DNA from: Dehalococcoidia bacterium
GTDB lineage: Bacteria; Chloroflexota; Dehalococcoidia; SZUA-161; SpSt-899
Assembly: GCA_046484125.1 (NCBI GenBank)
Contig: JAWOBX010000036.1
Span: 226 to 64,225 of the forward strand
DNA length: 64,000 nt
Direction of reading: 5' to 3'
Under the pieces are notes generated by a model. The model was not told the origin of the DNA. It worked only from the letters and a program-made list of their open reading frames with translations, and made no database searches. Made by a program: the position numbers and the translations under genes. Of the stretch, positions 49,603-59,668 are shown in pieces (position 1 is the stretch's first letter; each line of letters opens with the position of its first letter).

Positions 49603-49781
49603 AGGGCTACCCCCTCGAAGAAATGTTCGAGGAGGTAGCCTACATCGCTTATTATCTCCACTGGCCGCTGGATGACATCCTGGAAATGGAGCACGATGAT
49701 CGTCGCGAATGGGTCGAGAAAATCGCCGAGATCAACCAGAGATTGAATGAAGGGGAAGGGGGGATAGGGGATTTTCGATGA
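49593..49781 (+). other. Candidate -1 programmed ribosomal frameshift site (G GGG GGA, 49593-49599) and its -1-frame extension to a TGA stop at 49779-49781
   Basis: The -1 frame reads PGG-IKGYPLEEMFEEVAYIAYYLHWPLDDILEMEHDDRREWVEKIAEINQRLNEGEGGIGDFR with no stops. The X_XXY_YYZ heptamer sits immediately before the 0-frame stop. Confidence 0.4.
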
Positions 49782-49812
49782 TGGCAGGGCAAGCTTCTGA
49801 AATGGGGGCCAT

Positions 49813-50106
49813 TTGGAAGGCAATTTGAGGGATATTCGTATACACGATAGTTCCCAGACGGGTGCGCTCAACCGCCGGCTTGGCGGGGAGGTGCGTGAAT
49901 TGGGCCGAAAGCCCGTACGATTGCCACTAGCCGCGAGGGGAGATGGTCATGATCCTCAGGTGAAACCAGCGATAATGAAGGTCGAAGAGTCCGCACCAGC
50001 GGAAAACCCGGCGTCGGCAAGGCAGGCGGATCCGGAGATAATAGCGGATATGGTATATCGCTTGATGAAGAAAGACCTGGTGCTGGAACGAGAGCGGCGG
50101 CGCTAG
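49813..50106 (+). CDS. Hypothetical small Arg-rich protein whose C-terminus (IADMVYRLMKKDLVLERERRR) mimics the C-terminus of the tape-measure candidate
   Basis: ORF fills the gap between the chaperone candidate and tube 2. C-terminal similarity to 'IARQVYAIIKRRLAVEKERSGYR' at 52750-52824. Confidence 0.3.
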   Translation: MEGNLRDIRIHDSSQTGALNRRLGGEVRELGRKPVRLPLAARGDGHDPQVKPAIMKVEESAPAENPASARQADPEIIADMVYRLMKKDLVLERERRR

Positions 50107-50171
50107 TGAACCTTTGAAGGGGTTATGACCAGGGGAGTGTACTCCGGGTTTCAATCCGCCGCTCTTTTCCT

Positions 50172-50630
50172 GTGCCGGCCGGGAGAAGAACAATGACAAA
50201 GACAGGCAAACGATTCGACGGGCTTGCCACCGCCAAGTTTGGCGTTGAAATGGGGAATATAGTAGCGGCCGAGTTCACCGAGGTCTCGGGGCTGGAAGTG
50301 GAGCTGGAAATACTCGAATACCAGGAAGGCGGGAACAACCTTTTCAGCCACAAGCTGCCCGGCAGGGTAAAGTTCCCCAACGTTACCCTCAAGAGCGGGG
50401 TGACCGAAAGTAACGAGCTCTGGGAATGGTTCGTGAAGGGCACTTATGGTAAAATCGAACGCCAGAATATTTCGATAGTTCTTTATGACCAGACAAACAC
50501 TGAGGTAAGGCGCTGGAACCTGGCGAACGCATACCCGATAAAATGGACCGGCCCCTCATTTAAGGCAAGCGAAAATACGATTTCTATAGAAACCCTCGAA
50601 TTTGCTCACGAAGGCATAGTCCCGCAGTAG
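50172..50630 (+). CDS. Second tail tube protein (Afp5-like)
   Basis: Tube-family sequence (FGVEMGNIVAAEFTEVSGLEVELEILEYQEGGNN...) of about 152 aa. Confidence 0.85.
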   Translation: MPAGRRTMTKTGKRFDGLATAKFGVEMGNIVAAEFTEVSGLEVELEILEYQEGGNNLFSHKLPGRVKFPNVTLKSGVTESNELWEWFVKGTYGKIERQNISIVLYDQTNTEVRRWNLANAYPIKWTGPSFKASENTISIETLEFAHEGIVPQ

Positions 50631-50634
50631 TGAG

Positions 50635-52824
50635 ATGACGGATAACAGCAACGAGCAGCACGATCAACTTAACCGGGAACACGGGGCTGATAGTGAACTC
50701 GCTTCACGAATAGCCACCCGGCATCTGAGCCTAGCTGAGCAAGTCTCAGCCCGTATATTGTTGCCATTGAGGGCATTTTCTATGGGGCCAACAGGACTTC
50801 CTGCCCTGGCGCGGACGCTGTTTGACCGGGTACAATGGGGAAACGCTGTGATTGGCCGGGCGGGAGCTCTCTCAGACCGGATTCATCGGTCTGTGCAAAA
50901 AACGCTGTTCCCTGTCAGACCGATCGAGAAGGCATGGTTTCGAAAGAGCCGTTCTGTTGATGATAGCGCTTTCCCTGTTGAAGAGGAAGAGTACGAAATT
51001 CCTGTAGTCGAGCCACCGGATGCTGATCTTGAAAAAGGAACTCCAGCGATCGCTGGCCGGAAGCCCTCTCCGGCAGGGGCGGCGGCCTTTGCAACAGCCC
51101 ACCACAACAGGGTACAAAGAACGCCGGTGGTTGGCTTCTCCCCATCGATACTCGAGAGCATGGGAATTTCGCGGCGCCCGGCTACGCTCGTGGAAGAGGG
51201 AATTCAAAGTATCACCGGCGACACTGAGCTACAACATAAGCCGGAACCTCGCAAGTCAGTAACTCAGCCTCTGACGCTGAGGCAAAAATCTGAGGCCGGG
51301 AAAACGGAAACGGTACAGAAACAGTTCCGGCCAACTCAGACATCACCAGAGCAACAAAGGGACTTTAGTTTTGAGAAGAGGCAGAAGCGAATTAGTGGGG
51401 AGGCGTACATGCCTCAGCCCACTCTGTACAAGAAAGGACTGGCCGCTCTTTCCGCTCTGAAAGGCCGGATTCCTTTTGTCGGCAGTCGCAAAGAGGAACT
51501 ACCTCCCGGGACAGAGGAACAACCTGATGCGGCACCCTCCCCGCCCGACGTTACCTACCCCTCAACTCCGGAAACAGGGGAGAGAGAGCAAATCGAGAGC
51601 CCCGTTCACTCTCAGACTGAGAAGCCCTTCTCAATCCGTGAAAGCAGGCTGTTGCCATCAAAGAACGCATTCAAAGGAATCATTGCCCGAAAGCCACTCA
51701 GGCTGAATGTATTCCGCGCGCCCTCCCAACGTCGGCCTGCCGGATTGAGGGAATTGCCCATGTATAAACCGGCGTTGTTGATGGGTAAAGAGGGTCGAAT
51801 TACCGGAGAGAGCTCTCCTGTAGCGCCGGAAACCCCGTACCCATCGCCGGAAAATCGCGTCAGCGGGGCCGCGCGATTAGAAGAATCCCGGCCGGCACAA
51901 GAGAGCGCCGTGCCGGGAAAAGTCCCTGTTTCAGGTGTTGAAGATCTCCCTGTCACACGTAAAAGCCTGGCGGAAGAGATCGCCGGGAAGTATCAGCATG
52001 AGGAAATCGAAACGTCAAATTCACTGGAGATGGTTCCCCGGCTGGATCAAAAACCGGATGCTTTGACGATGAGTGAGGAGGAATCAGGGAGGGGAGCAGA
52101 AGCTTCGGCAAGCGAAGTACCAGAGAGGACCACTGAGGGAGAATACAGGAGTGGGAGAGTACCGGGTACACCGCCTGAACAACGGGAGCAGGAGGCAGAC
52201 ACTCACCTAAGAGAAATTTTTAGCTCCCGGCTCACCCGGAAATATATTCCGGGGAAAATGACCACCGGTTACCTTCCGTTCGTCCAGCGCATGGTAAGTT
52301 CGGAGTCAGCCTACGGAGGGATGACGGTCACCGAACTGGCCAGGGCTCTGAGTGCGAAGCACCTTCCTTTGGAAGATAAAGAATCACCTTTATACGAATC
52401 AACTGTGGAGCGTCCCGGTGACATCTCTCCCGGCAGAGAAATAAGGCGTATGCCCCATGTACTTCAAAAAGGGGGACCCGTTCCCGGAAAGAAGGCATCG
52501 GGTTACACTGAGACTTTGGCCGGCAGGGCTCCTGCTAGAGTCTTACGTAGAAGAAGGGCCGAACCCATTTATGGTGCTGGTCATTCTCTTGCAATGATCC
52601 ACGGGGAGTTCGAACGGCCGGAGCAGGCACTGGCTCGTACTGGAGCCGGGCCGGCTGAGGACGGCGTGTCTGACTTGATCTCGCGGATGGAGGTTGATAC
52701 GAACCAGCAAACGGAGCAACGAGGCGCGGGGGAAGAAGATAACACCGAAGCCATCGCACGCCAGGTATACGCGATCATCAAAAGAAGGCTTGCTGTCGAA
52801 AAGGAAAGGTCGGGATACCGATAG
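50635..52824 (+). CDS. Probable tape-measure/tail-length protein (729 aa, low-complexity P/E/R/S-rich middle, conserved termini)
   Basis: Position between tube 2 and the LysM initiator. Compositionally biased. C-terminal amphipathic motif. Confidence 0.5.
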   Translation: MTDNSNEQHDQLNREHGADSELASRIATRHLSLAEQVSARILLPLRAFSMGPTGLPALARTLFDRVQWGNAVIGRAGALSDRIHRSVQKTLFPVRPIEKAWFRKSRSVDDSAFPVEEEEYEIPVVEPPDADLEKGTPAIAGRKPSPAGAAAFATAHHNRVQRTPVVGFSPSILESMGISRRPATLVEEGIQSITGDTELQHKPEPRKSVTQPLTLRQKSEAGKTETVQKQFRPTQTSPEQQRDFSFEKRQKRISGEAYMPQPTLYKKGLAALSALKGRIPFVGSRKEELPPGTEEQPDAAPSPPDVTYPSTPETGEREQIESPVHSQTEKPFSIRESRLLPSKNAFKGIIARKPLRLNVFRAPSQRRPAGLRELPMYKPALLMGKEGRITGESSPVAPETPYPSPENRVSGAARLEESRPAQESAVPGKVPVSGVEDLPVTRKSLAEEIAGKYQHEEIETSNSLEMVPRLDQKPDALTMSEEESGRGAEASASEVPERTTEGEYRSGRVPGTPPEQREQEADTHLREIFSSRLTRKYIPGKMTTGYLPFVQRMVSSESAYGGMTVTELARALSAKHLPLEDKESPLYESTVERPGDISPGREIRRMPHVLQKGGPVPGKKASGYTETLAGRAPARVLRRRRAEPIYGAGHSLAMIHGEFERPEQALARTGAGPAEDGVSDLISRMEVDTNQQTEQRGAGEEDNTEAIARQVYAIIKRRLAVEKERSGYR

Positions 52825-52845
52825 ACAGCGCTCAGGGAGGAAAGC

Positions 52846-53511
52846 ATGGCAACCAAGGGCGGTCTTGAAAAAGCGCAGATCATCAATCTGGACACAAACG
52901 AAGCCATAGAGTGTATGTTCCGTCCAAAGGAATACACCTTCACCAAAATCAACCAGTGGCAGGCCGGAATGGTGGCCGGCAAGAATGTTCCCAAGCTGGA
53001 GTTCAGCGGCGGCCAGGCGATGAAACTGGATATGGAGCTGTTCTTTGATACCTACGAGACCGGGAAGGACGTGCGGAAGAAATATACCGATAAAATCTGG
53101 AAACTCATGATGATAAATCCGGAAAACAAGGATAAGGGCAATAAAGGCTGGCCTCCGCAATGTGAATTCCGGTGGGGGCAGGCCTGGTCGTTTAAGGCTG
53201 TGATCACCAAAATTACACAGAAATTCACGCTGTTTCTACCGGATGGTACTCCGGTAAGGTCCACCATGAACGTGGGCTTCCAACAGGCCGCAGAGGAGGG
53301 CGTTTATCCGGGACAAAACCCGACGACAGTGAGTAAACCGGGCTACAAAACCAGAATGGTTAAGCAGGGCGAGACACTGGACTGGATTGCCTTTGAGGAA
53401 TATGGCGATGCCGGCAAATGGCGCTTCCTGGCAGAGATAAATAAACTGGATAATCCGAAGGGGCTCAAGCCGGGCCAGGTCCTCGCCATCGCCCCGCTTG
53501 GCCAGGGCTAA
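52846..53511 (+). CDS. Tube-initiator/baseplate-hub protein with a C-terminal LysM domain (Afp7-like)
   Basis: C-terminal LysM (KQGETLDWIAFEEYGDAGKWRFLAEINKLDNPKGLKPGQVLAIAP). N-terminal gp53/tube-like region. Confidence 0.75.
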   Translation: MATKGGLEKAQIINLDTNEAIECMFRPKEYTFTKINQWQAGMVAGKNVPKLEFSGGQAMKLDMELFFDTYETGKDVRKKYTDKIWKLMMINPENKDKGNKGWPPQCEFRWGQAWSFKAVITKITQKFTLFLPDGTPVRSTMNVGFQQAAEEGVYPGQNPTTVSKPGYKTRMVKQGETLDWIAFEEYGDAGKWRFLAEINKLDNPKGLKPGQVLAIAPLGQG

Positions 53512-53636
53512 ATTGTGGATTATGGCGAGACTGGGCCCCGCCATCTTAAGCGAAATATGTTGGTAACCGATGCAAAACAGGGCGGGTTGACGTGAAACAC
53601 ACAAATAAAAGAAACTGGGTATCGGGGAGATAGCTA

Positions 53637-55370
53637 ATGGGATCGACAACACAACTGGCGCCGAGAATATACCTGAAATTCGATGGCACCGAAGCTTCCG
53701 AGCGTGTTACCGATGCCATTATCTTCATAGAGGTTGATGACAGCCTCACGCTTCCGGATATGTTCACGATTCACTTGAGGGATCCTAATCTCGAATGGAT
53801 CGATGACGATACCTTCTCGCTCGGTACGCCGGTGGAGATATCAGCCAAGGCCGAGGGTGGCTCAGAGGTCAAGTTGCTCTCAGGAGAGATAACCGGCATA
53901 GAGCCGCAACTGAGACAGGGCATCGGGCCTACCCTGATATTGCGCGGCTATGACAAATCCCACCGCCTCAACAGGGATAAAAAAACCCAGTCGTTTCTGC
54001 AGATGACCGATAGCGATATAGCCAAAAAGGTGGCTCGGAATGCCGGACTAAGAAGCCAGGTGGACTCCACCAGCGAAGTATATGATTATGTCCTGCAGCA
54101 TAATCAGACAGACTGGGAATTCCTTATGGCGCAAGCCGGCAGGGTTGGGTTCCGGGTGCTGGTCAAGGATGACACCCTTCATTTTCAGCAATTTCCCGAT
54201 ACAACCGAAAACACCCCCGAGCTGGAGTGGGCAGTTGACCTGCTGCAATTCGACGCTCGCCTGACTACTGCCCGGCAGGTATCCGAAGTGATCGTTCAGG
54301 GTTGGGACCCCGAAAGGCAGCAGCAGATCGTGGGCCGGGCTACGCAAGCAAACGATATGCCGGATATTGGAGAGAGCCACCAGGGTGGTGAGGCCTCGCA
54401 GCAGGCTTTCGGAGGTTCTGCCAGGGAGATCATAGTCGACCGGCCGGTCAGCACCCAGGCGGAAGCGGATATGCTGGCTCAGGCGATATGCGATGAAATA
54501 GGCCAGGGATTTGTAGAAGCCGAATGCGTGTGCTTTGGCAACCCGGGTGTACAGGCAGGCGCGATGATCACAATGAATGGCCTTGGAGACCGCTTTTCTG
54601 GAAGCTATCGGGTGACTCATGCCTCGCACCGCTACGATGAATCGGGCTACAGGACCGAGTTCACGGTTGGAGGACGGCATGCCTCGACGATTGGTGAATT
54701 ACTGTATAACATGAACGATAGCGGATTCCGCCAGGGTCCGGTGCTCGGTGTTGTAACCAACAATGAAGATCCCGATGATGAGTGCAGGGTGAAGGTGAAG
54801 ATACCTTCAATCAAGGACAGCGAGGAAAGCGCCTGGGCCAGGCTGATCGCTGCCGGTGCCGGGAAGGACCGGGGATTGCAGTGGCTGCCCGAGGTAAATG
54901 ACGAGGTTCTGGTTGTATTCGAGAATAACGATATTAACCGTCCGCTGGTGATCGGCGGCCTCTGGAGTGCCAGGAATACACCTCCGTTACCATCCAGCGG
55001 ATGTCTCGACTCCGGCAAGGTTAAAACCAGACAGATTGTTACTCGAAGCGGGACGAAGATCGTTCTGGAGGATGATGACAACATAATCACCATTTCGAAT
55101 CCGGATGAAAGCTATCATTTGAAGATCTCGGAAAAGGATACCAAAATAGAGATTATCTCCGGTGGTGACGTCTCCGTTGAGGCGCAACAGAACGCCACGG
55201 TTAAAACGCAGGGTGACGTGAATGTTGAGGCAACGGGAAATATTGCCGTAAAGGGCCAGCAGGTCGAGGTGAGCGCCAATACCAATGCCAAGATAACGGC
55301 GTCAGCAAACATGAACCTGGAAGCCTCAGGCATAATGACCATAAAGGGAGCACAGGTCAAGCTGAACTAG
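53637..55370 (+). CDS. VgrG/gpD-like central spike (Afp8-like)
   Basis: Phage late-control-D / gp27-like N-domain. C-terminal beta-helix repeats (VKTQGDVNVEATGNIAVKGQQVEVSANTNAKITASANMNLEASG). Confidence 0.85.
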   Translation: MGSTTQLAPRIYLKFDGTEASERVTDAIIFIEVDDSLTLPDMFTIHLRDPNLEWIDDDTFSLGTPVEISAKAEGGSEVKLLSGEITGIEPQLRQGIGPTLILRGYDKSHRLNRDKKTQSFLQMTDSDIAKKVARNAGLRSQVDSTSEVYDYVLQHNQTDWEFLMAQAGRVGFRVLVKDDTLHFQQFPDTTENTPELEWAVDLLQFDARLTTARQVSEVIVQGWDPERQQQIVGRATQANDMPDIGESHQGGEASQQAFGGSAREIIVDRPVSTQAEADMLAQAICDEIGQGFVEAECVCFGNPGVQAGAMITMNGLGDRFSGSYRVTHASHRYDESGYRTEFTVGGRHASTIGELLYNMNDSGFRQGPVLGVVTNNEDPDDECRVKVKIPSIKDSEESAWARLIAAGAGKDRGLQWLPEVNDEVLVVFENNDINRPLVIGGLWSARNTPPLPSSGCLDSGKVKTRQIVTRSGTKIVLEDDDNIITISNPDESYHLKISEKDTKIEIISGGDVSVEAQQNATVKTQGDVNVEATGNIAVKGQQVEVSANTNAKITASANMNLEASGIMTIKGAQVKLN

Positions 55371-55456
55371 GGAATCTCGGAACGGGTGGTGATTCCGGGG
55401 GGTGGGGTGTACCGCCGGAATACATGAAATGGAAAAGGTCAATGGAGTGTTAAGTC

Positions 55457-55861
55457 ATGAACGATGATGATATCATAAAGGATGTTCTGGGAACGGGTTT
55501 ACATTTCCCGCTGGCGGTCGACGCCCGTGGCGGGATAGCAATGGTTCGTGGCGAACAGGATATCGACGAATCGATTCGAACCATATTGAGCACTGCCCGG
55601 GGCGAACGGCCTATGCGCCCCATGTTCGGCTCGCGCGTTCACGAGCTGGTCTTTGCCCCCAATAACGCCACCACCTCAGGTCTTATGCAGCAGTATGTGG
55701 AAGAAGCACTTGGCTGGTGGGAACCGCGCATAGAAGTGCTTGACGTCGATGTGAGCGCCGACCCCGATGATACCAGCCGCATCCTGGTGAACATTCTCTA
55801 CAAGGTGAAAGCTACCAGCGACAAGCGTACCCTGGTATACCCATTCTATCTCTCAGGTTGA
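55457..55861 (+). CDS. Baseplate wedge protein, gp25/GPW family (Afp9-like)
   Basis: Classic gp25 motif (DIDESIRTILSTARGERPMRPMFGSRVHELVF). Confidence 0.9.
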   Translation: MNDDDIIKDVLGTGLHFPLAVDARGGIAMVRGEQDIDESIRTILSTARGERPMRPMFGSRVHELVFAPNNATTSGLMQQYVEEALGWWEPRIEVLDVDVSADPDDTSRILVNILYKVKATSDKRTLVYPFYLSG

Positions 55862-55880
55862 GGTTGCCAAGGAGGAGACA

Positions 55881-57854
55881 ATGGCACTGCCGGCACCGAA
55901 TTTGGACGATCGAAAATTTCAGGACCTGGTCCGTGAAGCCAGGGCGAGGATACCGCGCTATTGCCCCGAATGGACGGATCACAATTTGAGTGATCCCGGT
56001 ATAACCTTGATCGAGCTCTTCGCCTGGATGGTGGATGTTCTCCTCTACAGAGTGAACAGGGTACCGGAAAAGACCCATATCAAATTCATGGAAATGATGG
56101 GAATCAAGCTGGAACCACCACAGCCCGCCAGAGCCGATGTGACCTTTCGCCTGTCCGCGCCTCAACCGGAGGCGATAACTGTTCCCCGTGGAACCGAGGT
56201 GGCCACTGTGCGAACGGAAACCCGTGACGCCATTAACTTCACAACCGATGAGGACTTGACCATAGTCCCCCCCGTGCTGACTCACGTTATGACTTCTCCT
56301 GATGGAAATGAATTCGAGGACAGTATGCCGGCGCTCAAAAACCCCGATCGACGGATAAGCATTTTCCAAAATCCTCCTCAGGAAAACAACGCGCTTTATC
56401 TGGGATTCGAAACCAATCTGCAGGCCCAGACGCTCGCACTGACTATAGAGAGCAATATCGAGGGTATCGGTGTTGACCCCAACAATCCTCCGCTGGCCTG
56501 GGAATTCTGGGATGGCCAGGAGGAAACCTGGGCTCCTCTCAAGTTGGAAACCGATACCACAGGCGGGCTGAATACCAATGGACGTGTTAGTCTGCATGTT
56601 CCATATGCATGTGCCATGAAAGCGATAAACGGTGAGTATGCCTGCTGGGTCAGGTGCCGTGCTGTTGCTCCACAACAAGGACAGCGGCCGTATTCCACTT
56701 CGCCCGAGGTAGCCAGTATAACTCCGGAGGCCGTCGGGGGCACCGCCCGAGTCTTGCACGCCACAAGAATAGACAACGAGATTCTGGGAAGGAGTGACGG
56801 AACTTCCGGTCAGACTTTCCACCTCCAGAATACCCCCGTCCTTGAGAGGGAAGAGGGGGAAACTATCGAGGTGGAGACGGATATTCCGGGTCAATTTGAA
56901 CCCTGGCAAGAGGTTGATGACTTATCGGGTTCCGGTCCCGATGACCGGCATTTTACCTGTGACAGTGTCACCGGAGAGATACAGTTCGGAGTTTCCATAA
57001 GGGAACCATCGGGTCAGGAGCGGTGGTATGGAATGATTCCGCCAAGTAGCCGTCAGGTCAGGTTCACAAGCTATCGATACGGCGGCGGTACCATCGGCAA
57101 CGTGGGACCCGGCACCATCACGGTGCTTAAATCCTCCATTCCGTATATAGCCTCAGTCAATAATATAGGACCGGCCACGGGCGGTACGGAGCCCGAAAGC
57201 ATCGAACGGGCCAAGATGCGGGCACGACAGGTTATCAAAGCCCGGACGAGAGCGGTTACCGCTGATGATTTTGAATATCTGGCGTGTGAGGCTTCACCTA
57301 TGATAGCCAGGGCGAAATGTCTCACAGCAGGTTCAACCGTGGCGAGCCAGACTCTGCCACCGGGAATGGTGATGCTGCTTCTGGTTCCTTTCGTCTCCGA
57401 TACAGGCGCCCCAATACCTTTGGAGCAACTGGGACTGACGAAGAAGCTCAGAGAGCAGGTTGAGTACTATCTGAATGAGAGGAAGTTGCTGGGCACACGA
57501 ATGGAGATCGCTGAACCCAGGTACACTCCTGTATCTATAGAGGCGAGAATTAAAGGAAAGCCCGGAACCGATTTCACGCTCGTAGCAGCCGGAATCGAAA
57601 GAGCCCTGTATCGTTATATTAATCCTGTCCGGGGAGGGGTGGACAGCAAAGGCTGGCCATTCGGTCGAGGAGTATCACCGGCTGAAGTTTACTCGGCGAT
57701 TCAGGAAGCCGGCGATATCGACTTCATACGTGAGGCGAAAGTCTTCATGGTAGATCCGGATACCGGGGAGCGAGACGAGATCACTGACGAGATGGTTCTG
57801 TCGGCTGAGAGCGTATTGTGCTCTCACCAGCATAAAGTGACGGTGGAGGAGTGA
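55881..57854 (+). CDS. Baseplate J/gp6-like protein (Afp11-like)
   Basis: Baseplate_J N-terminal signature (IPRYCPEWTDHNLSDPGITLIELFAWMVD). Size of about 650 aa. Confidence 0.85.
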   Translation: MALPAPNLDDRKFQDLVREARARIPRYCPEWTDHNLSDPGITLIELFAWMVDVLLYRVNRVPEKTHIKFMEMMGIKLEPPQPARADVTFRLSAPQPEAITVPRGTEVATVRTETRDAINFTTDEDLTIVPPVLTHVMTSPDGNEFEDSMPALKNPDRRISIFQNPPQENNALYLGFETNLQAQTLALTIESNIEGIGVDPNNPPLAWEFWDGQEETWAPLKLETDTTGGLNTNGRVSLHVPYACAMKAINGEYACWVRCRAVAPQQGQRPYSTSPEVASITPEAVGGTARVLHATRIDNEILGRSDGTSGQTFHLQNTPVLEREEGETIEVETDIPGQFEPWQEVDDLSGSGPDDRHFTCDSVTGEIQFGVSIREPSGQERWYGMIPPSSRQVRFTSYRYGGGTIGNVGPGTITVLKSSIPYIASVNNIGPATGGTEPESIERAKMRARQVIKARTRAVTADDFEYLACEASPMIARAKCLTAGSTVASQTLPPGMVMLLLVPFVSDTGAPIPLEQLGLTKKLREQVEYYLNERKLLGTRMEIAEPRYTPVSIEARIKGKPGTDFTLVAAGIERALYRYINPVRGGVDSKGWPFGRGVSPAEVYSAIQEAGDIDFIREAKVFMVDPDTGERDEITDEMVLSAESVLCSHQHKVTVEE

Positions 57855-57864
57855 AGGGGGAAAG

Positions 57865-58458
57865 ATGACGGTTTCAGGCAATCATGACCAGCCGGAGCTT
57901 CAAAGCAGTTATACTCAATACCTGCCCGGGACGTACCGTCAGGATGAGTTTCTGGGCCGCTTTCTGCTGATATTCGAGAGCGTGCTTGGCCCTGTAGAAA
58001 ATCAGGTGGATAACCTGCATATGTACTTTGATCCGCTCACTGCTCCGCGTGAGCTGCTCCCATGGTTGGGCTTGTGGGTGGACCTGGTCCTGGACCAGAA
58101 TTGGCCTGAGGAACCCCGCCGGAAGCTGGTTAAGTCAGCAGCCTGGCTCTACAGGTGGAGGGGTACCAGGCGGGGGTTGCGCGAGTATCTGCGAATATAT
58201 ACCGGCACAAGCCCGGAGATCACTGAATACATCCCCGGCATGAAACTCGGTAAGGAAACAGAGCTGGGAGTTAATACACGCCTCGGCAGTTCGGGTGGTG
58301 GCTATCATTTCACTGTCACGTTGCACCTGGAGGGGGTGAGCCATGTCAAAACCGAAATCATTCGAGCCATCATTGATTCCCAGAAACCCGCCCACACAGT
58401 ATACACACTTCAAATAAGAGGTAATAGCCCGGAAAGGGAGGAGAACCATGGAGCTTGA
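57865..58458 (+). CDS. Baseplate protein, P2 gpI/gp7-like (Afp12-like)
   Basis: Tail_P2_I-like motifs (LLPWLGLWVDL..., AAWLYRWRGTRRGLREYL). Confidence 0.75.
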   Translation: MTVSGNHDQPELQSSYTQYLPGTYRQDEFLGRFLLIFESVLGPVENQVDNLHMYFDPLTAPRELLPWLGLWVDLVLDQNWPEEPRRKLVKSAAWLYRWRGTRRGLREYLRIYTGTSPEITEYIPGMKLGKETELGVNTRLGSSGGGYHFTVTLHLEGVSHVKTEIIRAIIDSQKPAHTVYTLQIRGNSPEREENHGA

Positions 58459-59668
58459 TGACATCACCCGTTTCCAGCTTAAGAGGGAGAATCCGTTCGA
58501 AGGACTGGTAATTGACGCCGAAACCTGGAGGGACGCTCACCAGTATCATCGAGATAGTCAGCGGCTTCATGTTCTCACTTTTCACCGAACCGGAATAGTG
58601 GGCGGTCTGGAGGTTGCGGCAAGCGATCCGCCGAGCCTCACCGTGATCATCCAGCCTGGAATAGGCATTGATCCCCAGGGGAATACCATCGTCATAGCCG
58701 ATACACAGAAGTACAAGATCCAGGCTCGCAAAAAGGGTACCATCTATCTTGTAATACTTTTCAGGGAAATCCCTGGCGGTCCCTTTCAGCCCGCTGAAGG
58801 TGGACAACCGACTCGAATCGTCGAAGGGTATCGGATAGAGGAGAGATCCGAGTTGCCCCCGGAGCCGCACCTGGAACTGGCGCGTATCGATTTTGACCCG
58901 GAAAATGATGCTATCAGGGAGCCTCAAACCCCATCAAAACCCGGGAAAAACGAGATAGACTATCGTTTCCGGCAGAGCGCCGCCGCTGTTGCCCCGGCGG
59001 CACAGGCAGCAGTCCCGGCGCCACAGCAACAGGCTGCGCCGCCACCATCAAATACGGATAAGCCAAAACCAGCCTCTGAACCTCCGGCCAGGAACCGTAC
59101 AACCCTCACAATAGGGCATGCCGTACTTGGAGACGCGGGCAAAGACCTGCATTTGAAAGGTCTTCAGAACCTCGCTCGGGAGATCAACCAGCGTTACGAT
59201 ATGGAGATCAAGATTGAGAAAGCCAGCTCTCTGGCCAAGAACCTGGGTAAATATCAGGTCCTGTATCTCACCGGAAATGGCAATTTTGAGCTCAGCGATG
59301 AAGAACAATCGTCGCTCAGCAAGTTTGTTGAATCCGGCGGAATGGTTTTCGGTGAAGGATGCTCTGAGGGTGAGGCCCAATCCAGGGGAGCGAAGGAATT
59401 CGGCCTGGCATTCAACAAGATAGCGGGACAATTTAAAAGCAAACTTGAAAATGTTCAGCGCGGCCACCCCCTGCTTTCATCCGCCCACATATTCTCCTCT
59501 GTTCCGCAGGGAGCCGGACCGGGCATGCTTCTTGAGGGGGGGCGCATGGTCTACAGCGGCAGCGACTATGGATGCGCCTGGCAGGGAGGCTACCAGGATG
59601 TTCCGCTTGAGAGGGAAGTGATTCGAACCGCCATCGAGATGGCGGTAAATATCATGTCTTATCGCTAG
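58448..59668 (+). CDS. eCIS-associated protein of unknown function (406 aa) occupying the position of the tail fiber. N-terminal baseplate-proximal region, Pro/Ala/Gln linker, C-terminal globular domain
   Basis: Overlaps the upstream gene by 11 nt (operonic). No fiber-like repeats. The C-terminal domain is unassigned. Confidence 0.5.
   Translation: MELDDITRFQLKRENPFEGLVIDAETWRDAHQYHRDSQRLHVLTFHRTGIVGGLEVAASDPPSLTVIIQPGIGIDPQGNTIVIADTQKYKIQARKKGTIYLVILFREIPGGPFQPAEGGQPTRIVEGYRIEERSELPPEPHLELARIDFDPENDAIREPQTPSKPGKNEIDYRFRQSAAAVAPAAQAAVPAPQQQAAPPPSNTDKPKPASEPPARNRTTLTIGHAVLGDAGKDLHLKGLQNLAREINQRYDMEIKIEKASSLAKNLGKYQVLYLTGNGNFELSDEEQSSLSKFVESGGMVFGEGCSEGEAQSRGAKEFGLAFNKIAGQFKSKLENVQRGHPLLSSAHIFSSVPQGAGPGMLLEGGRMVYSGSDYGCAWQGGYQDVPLEREVIRTAIEMAVNIMSYR

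Noticed and set aside
55812-56909. 365-aa antisense ORF inside the baseplate J gene, and similar antisense ORFs at 52543-53160, 54048-54680 and 62021-62977
   Set aside because: Antisense to well-supported eCIS genes, with no ribosome-binding site and low-complexity composition.
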